Positions 63,956 through 64,000 of a stretch of 64,000 nucleotides of DNA are shown here, one piece after another (the stretch's first letter is position 1; every line of letters begins with the position of its first letter). Where the stretch lies: the NCBI GenBank assembly GCA_951406725.2, contig OX597814.1, positions 32,302,001 through 32,366,000 of the forward strand, read 5' to 3'. Source of the DNA: Octopus vulgaris (taxonomy: Eukaryota). The translations under genes and the position numbers were made by a program. The notes beneath the pieces were generated by a model, which saw only the letters and a list, made by a program, of their open reading frames with translations, was not told the DNA's origin and did no database searches.

Positions 63956-64000
63956 GTGCTCTATAACTTAGAGTGTGCATCACTTTCGGATTTGTTTTAC

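Overview
AT-rich, repeat-saturated animal DNA, intergenic or intronic. The SINE families and microsatellite load look like an octopod cephalopod (Octopus); this is an inference. No host protein-coding exon is supportable, and nearly all ORFs in the track are microsatellite or SINE translations. The window holds (i) dozens of tRNA-derived SINE copies in three or four modular families; (ii) decayed LINEs: R4/Dong-type elements with a restriction-like endonuclease in (TAA)n tracts, plus RTE, CR1 and L1/Tx1 fragments; (iii) DNA-transposon relics: non-autonomous Helitrons, a Tc1/mariner relic and a TA-flanked MITE. The most striking unannotated signal is a set of about 7 good and 3 weaker type I hammerhead ribozyme (HHR) motifs, from about 6 apparently unrelated families among the good ones. 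Most sit in Penelope-like (PLE) inverted pseudo-LTR structures in or next to (TA)n. One of them (32.0-32.4 kb) fuses a Pol III tRNA-type head to an HHR-bearing PLE tail, making it a candidate Penelope-mobilised SINE. A second oddity is a SINE family that forms 184-bp head-to-tail multimers with an essentially invariant self-complementary junction. All alignments and folds were done by eye and need computational confirmation.
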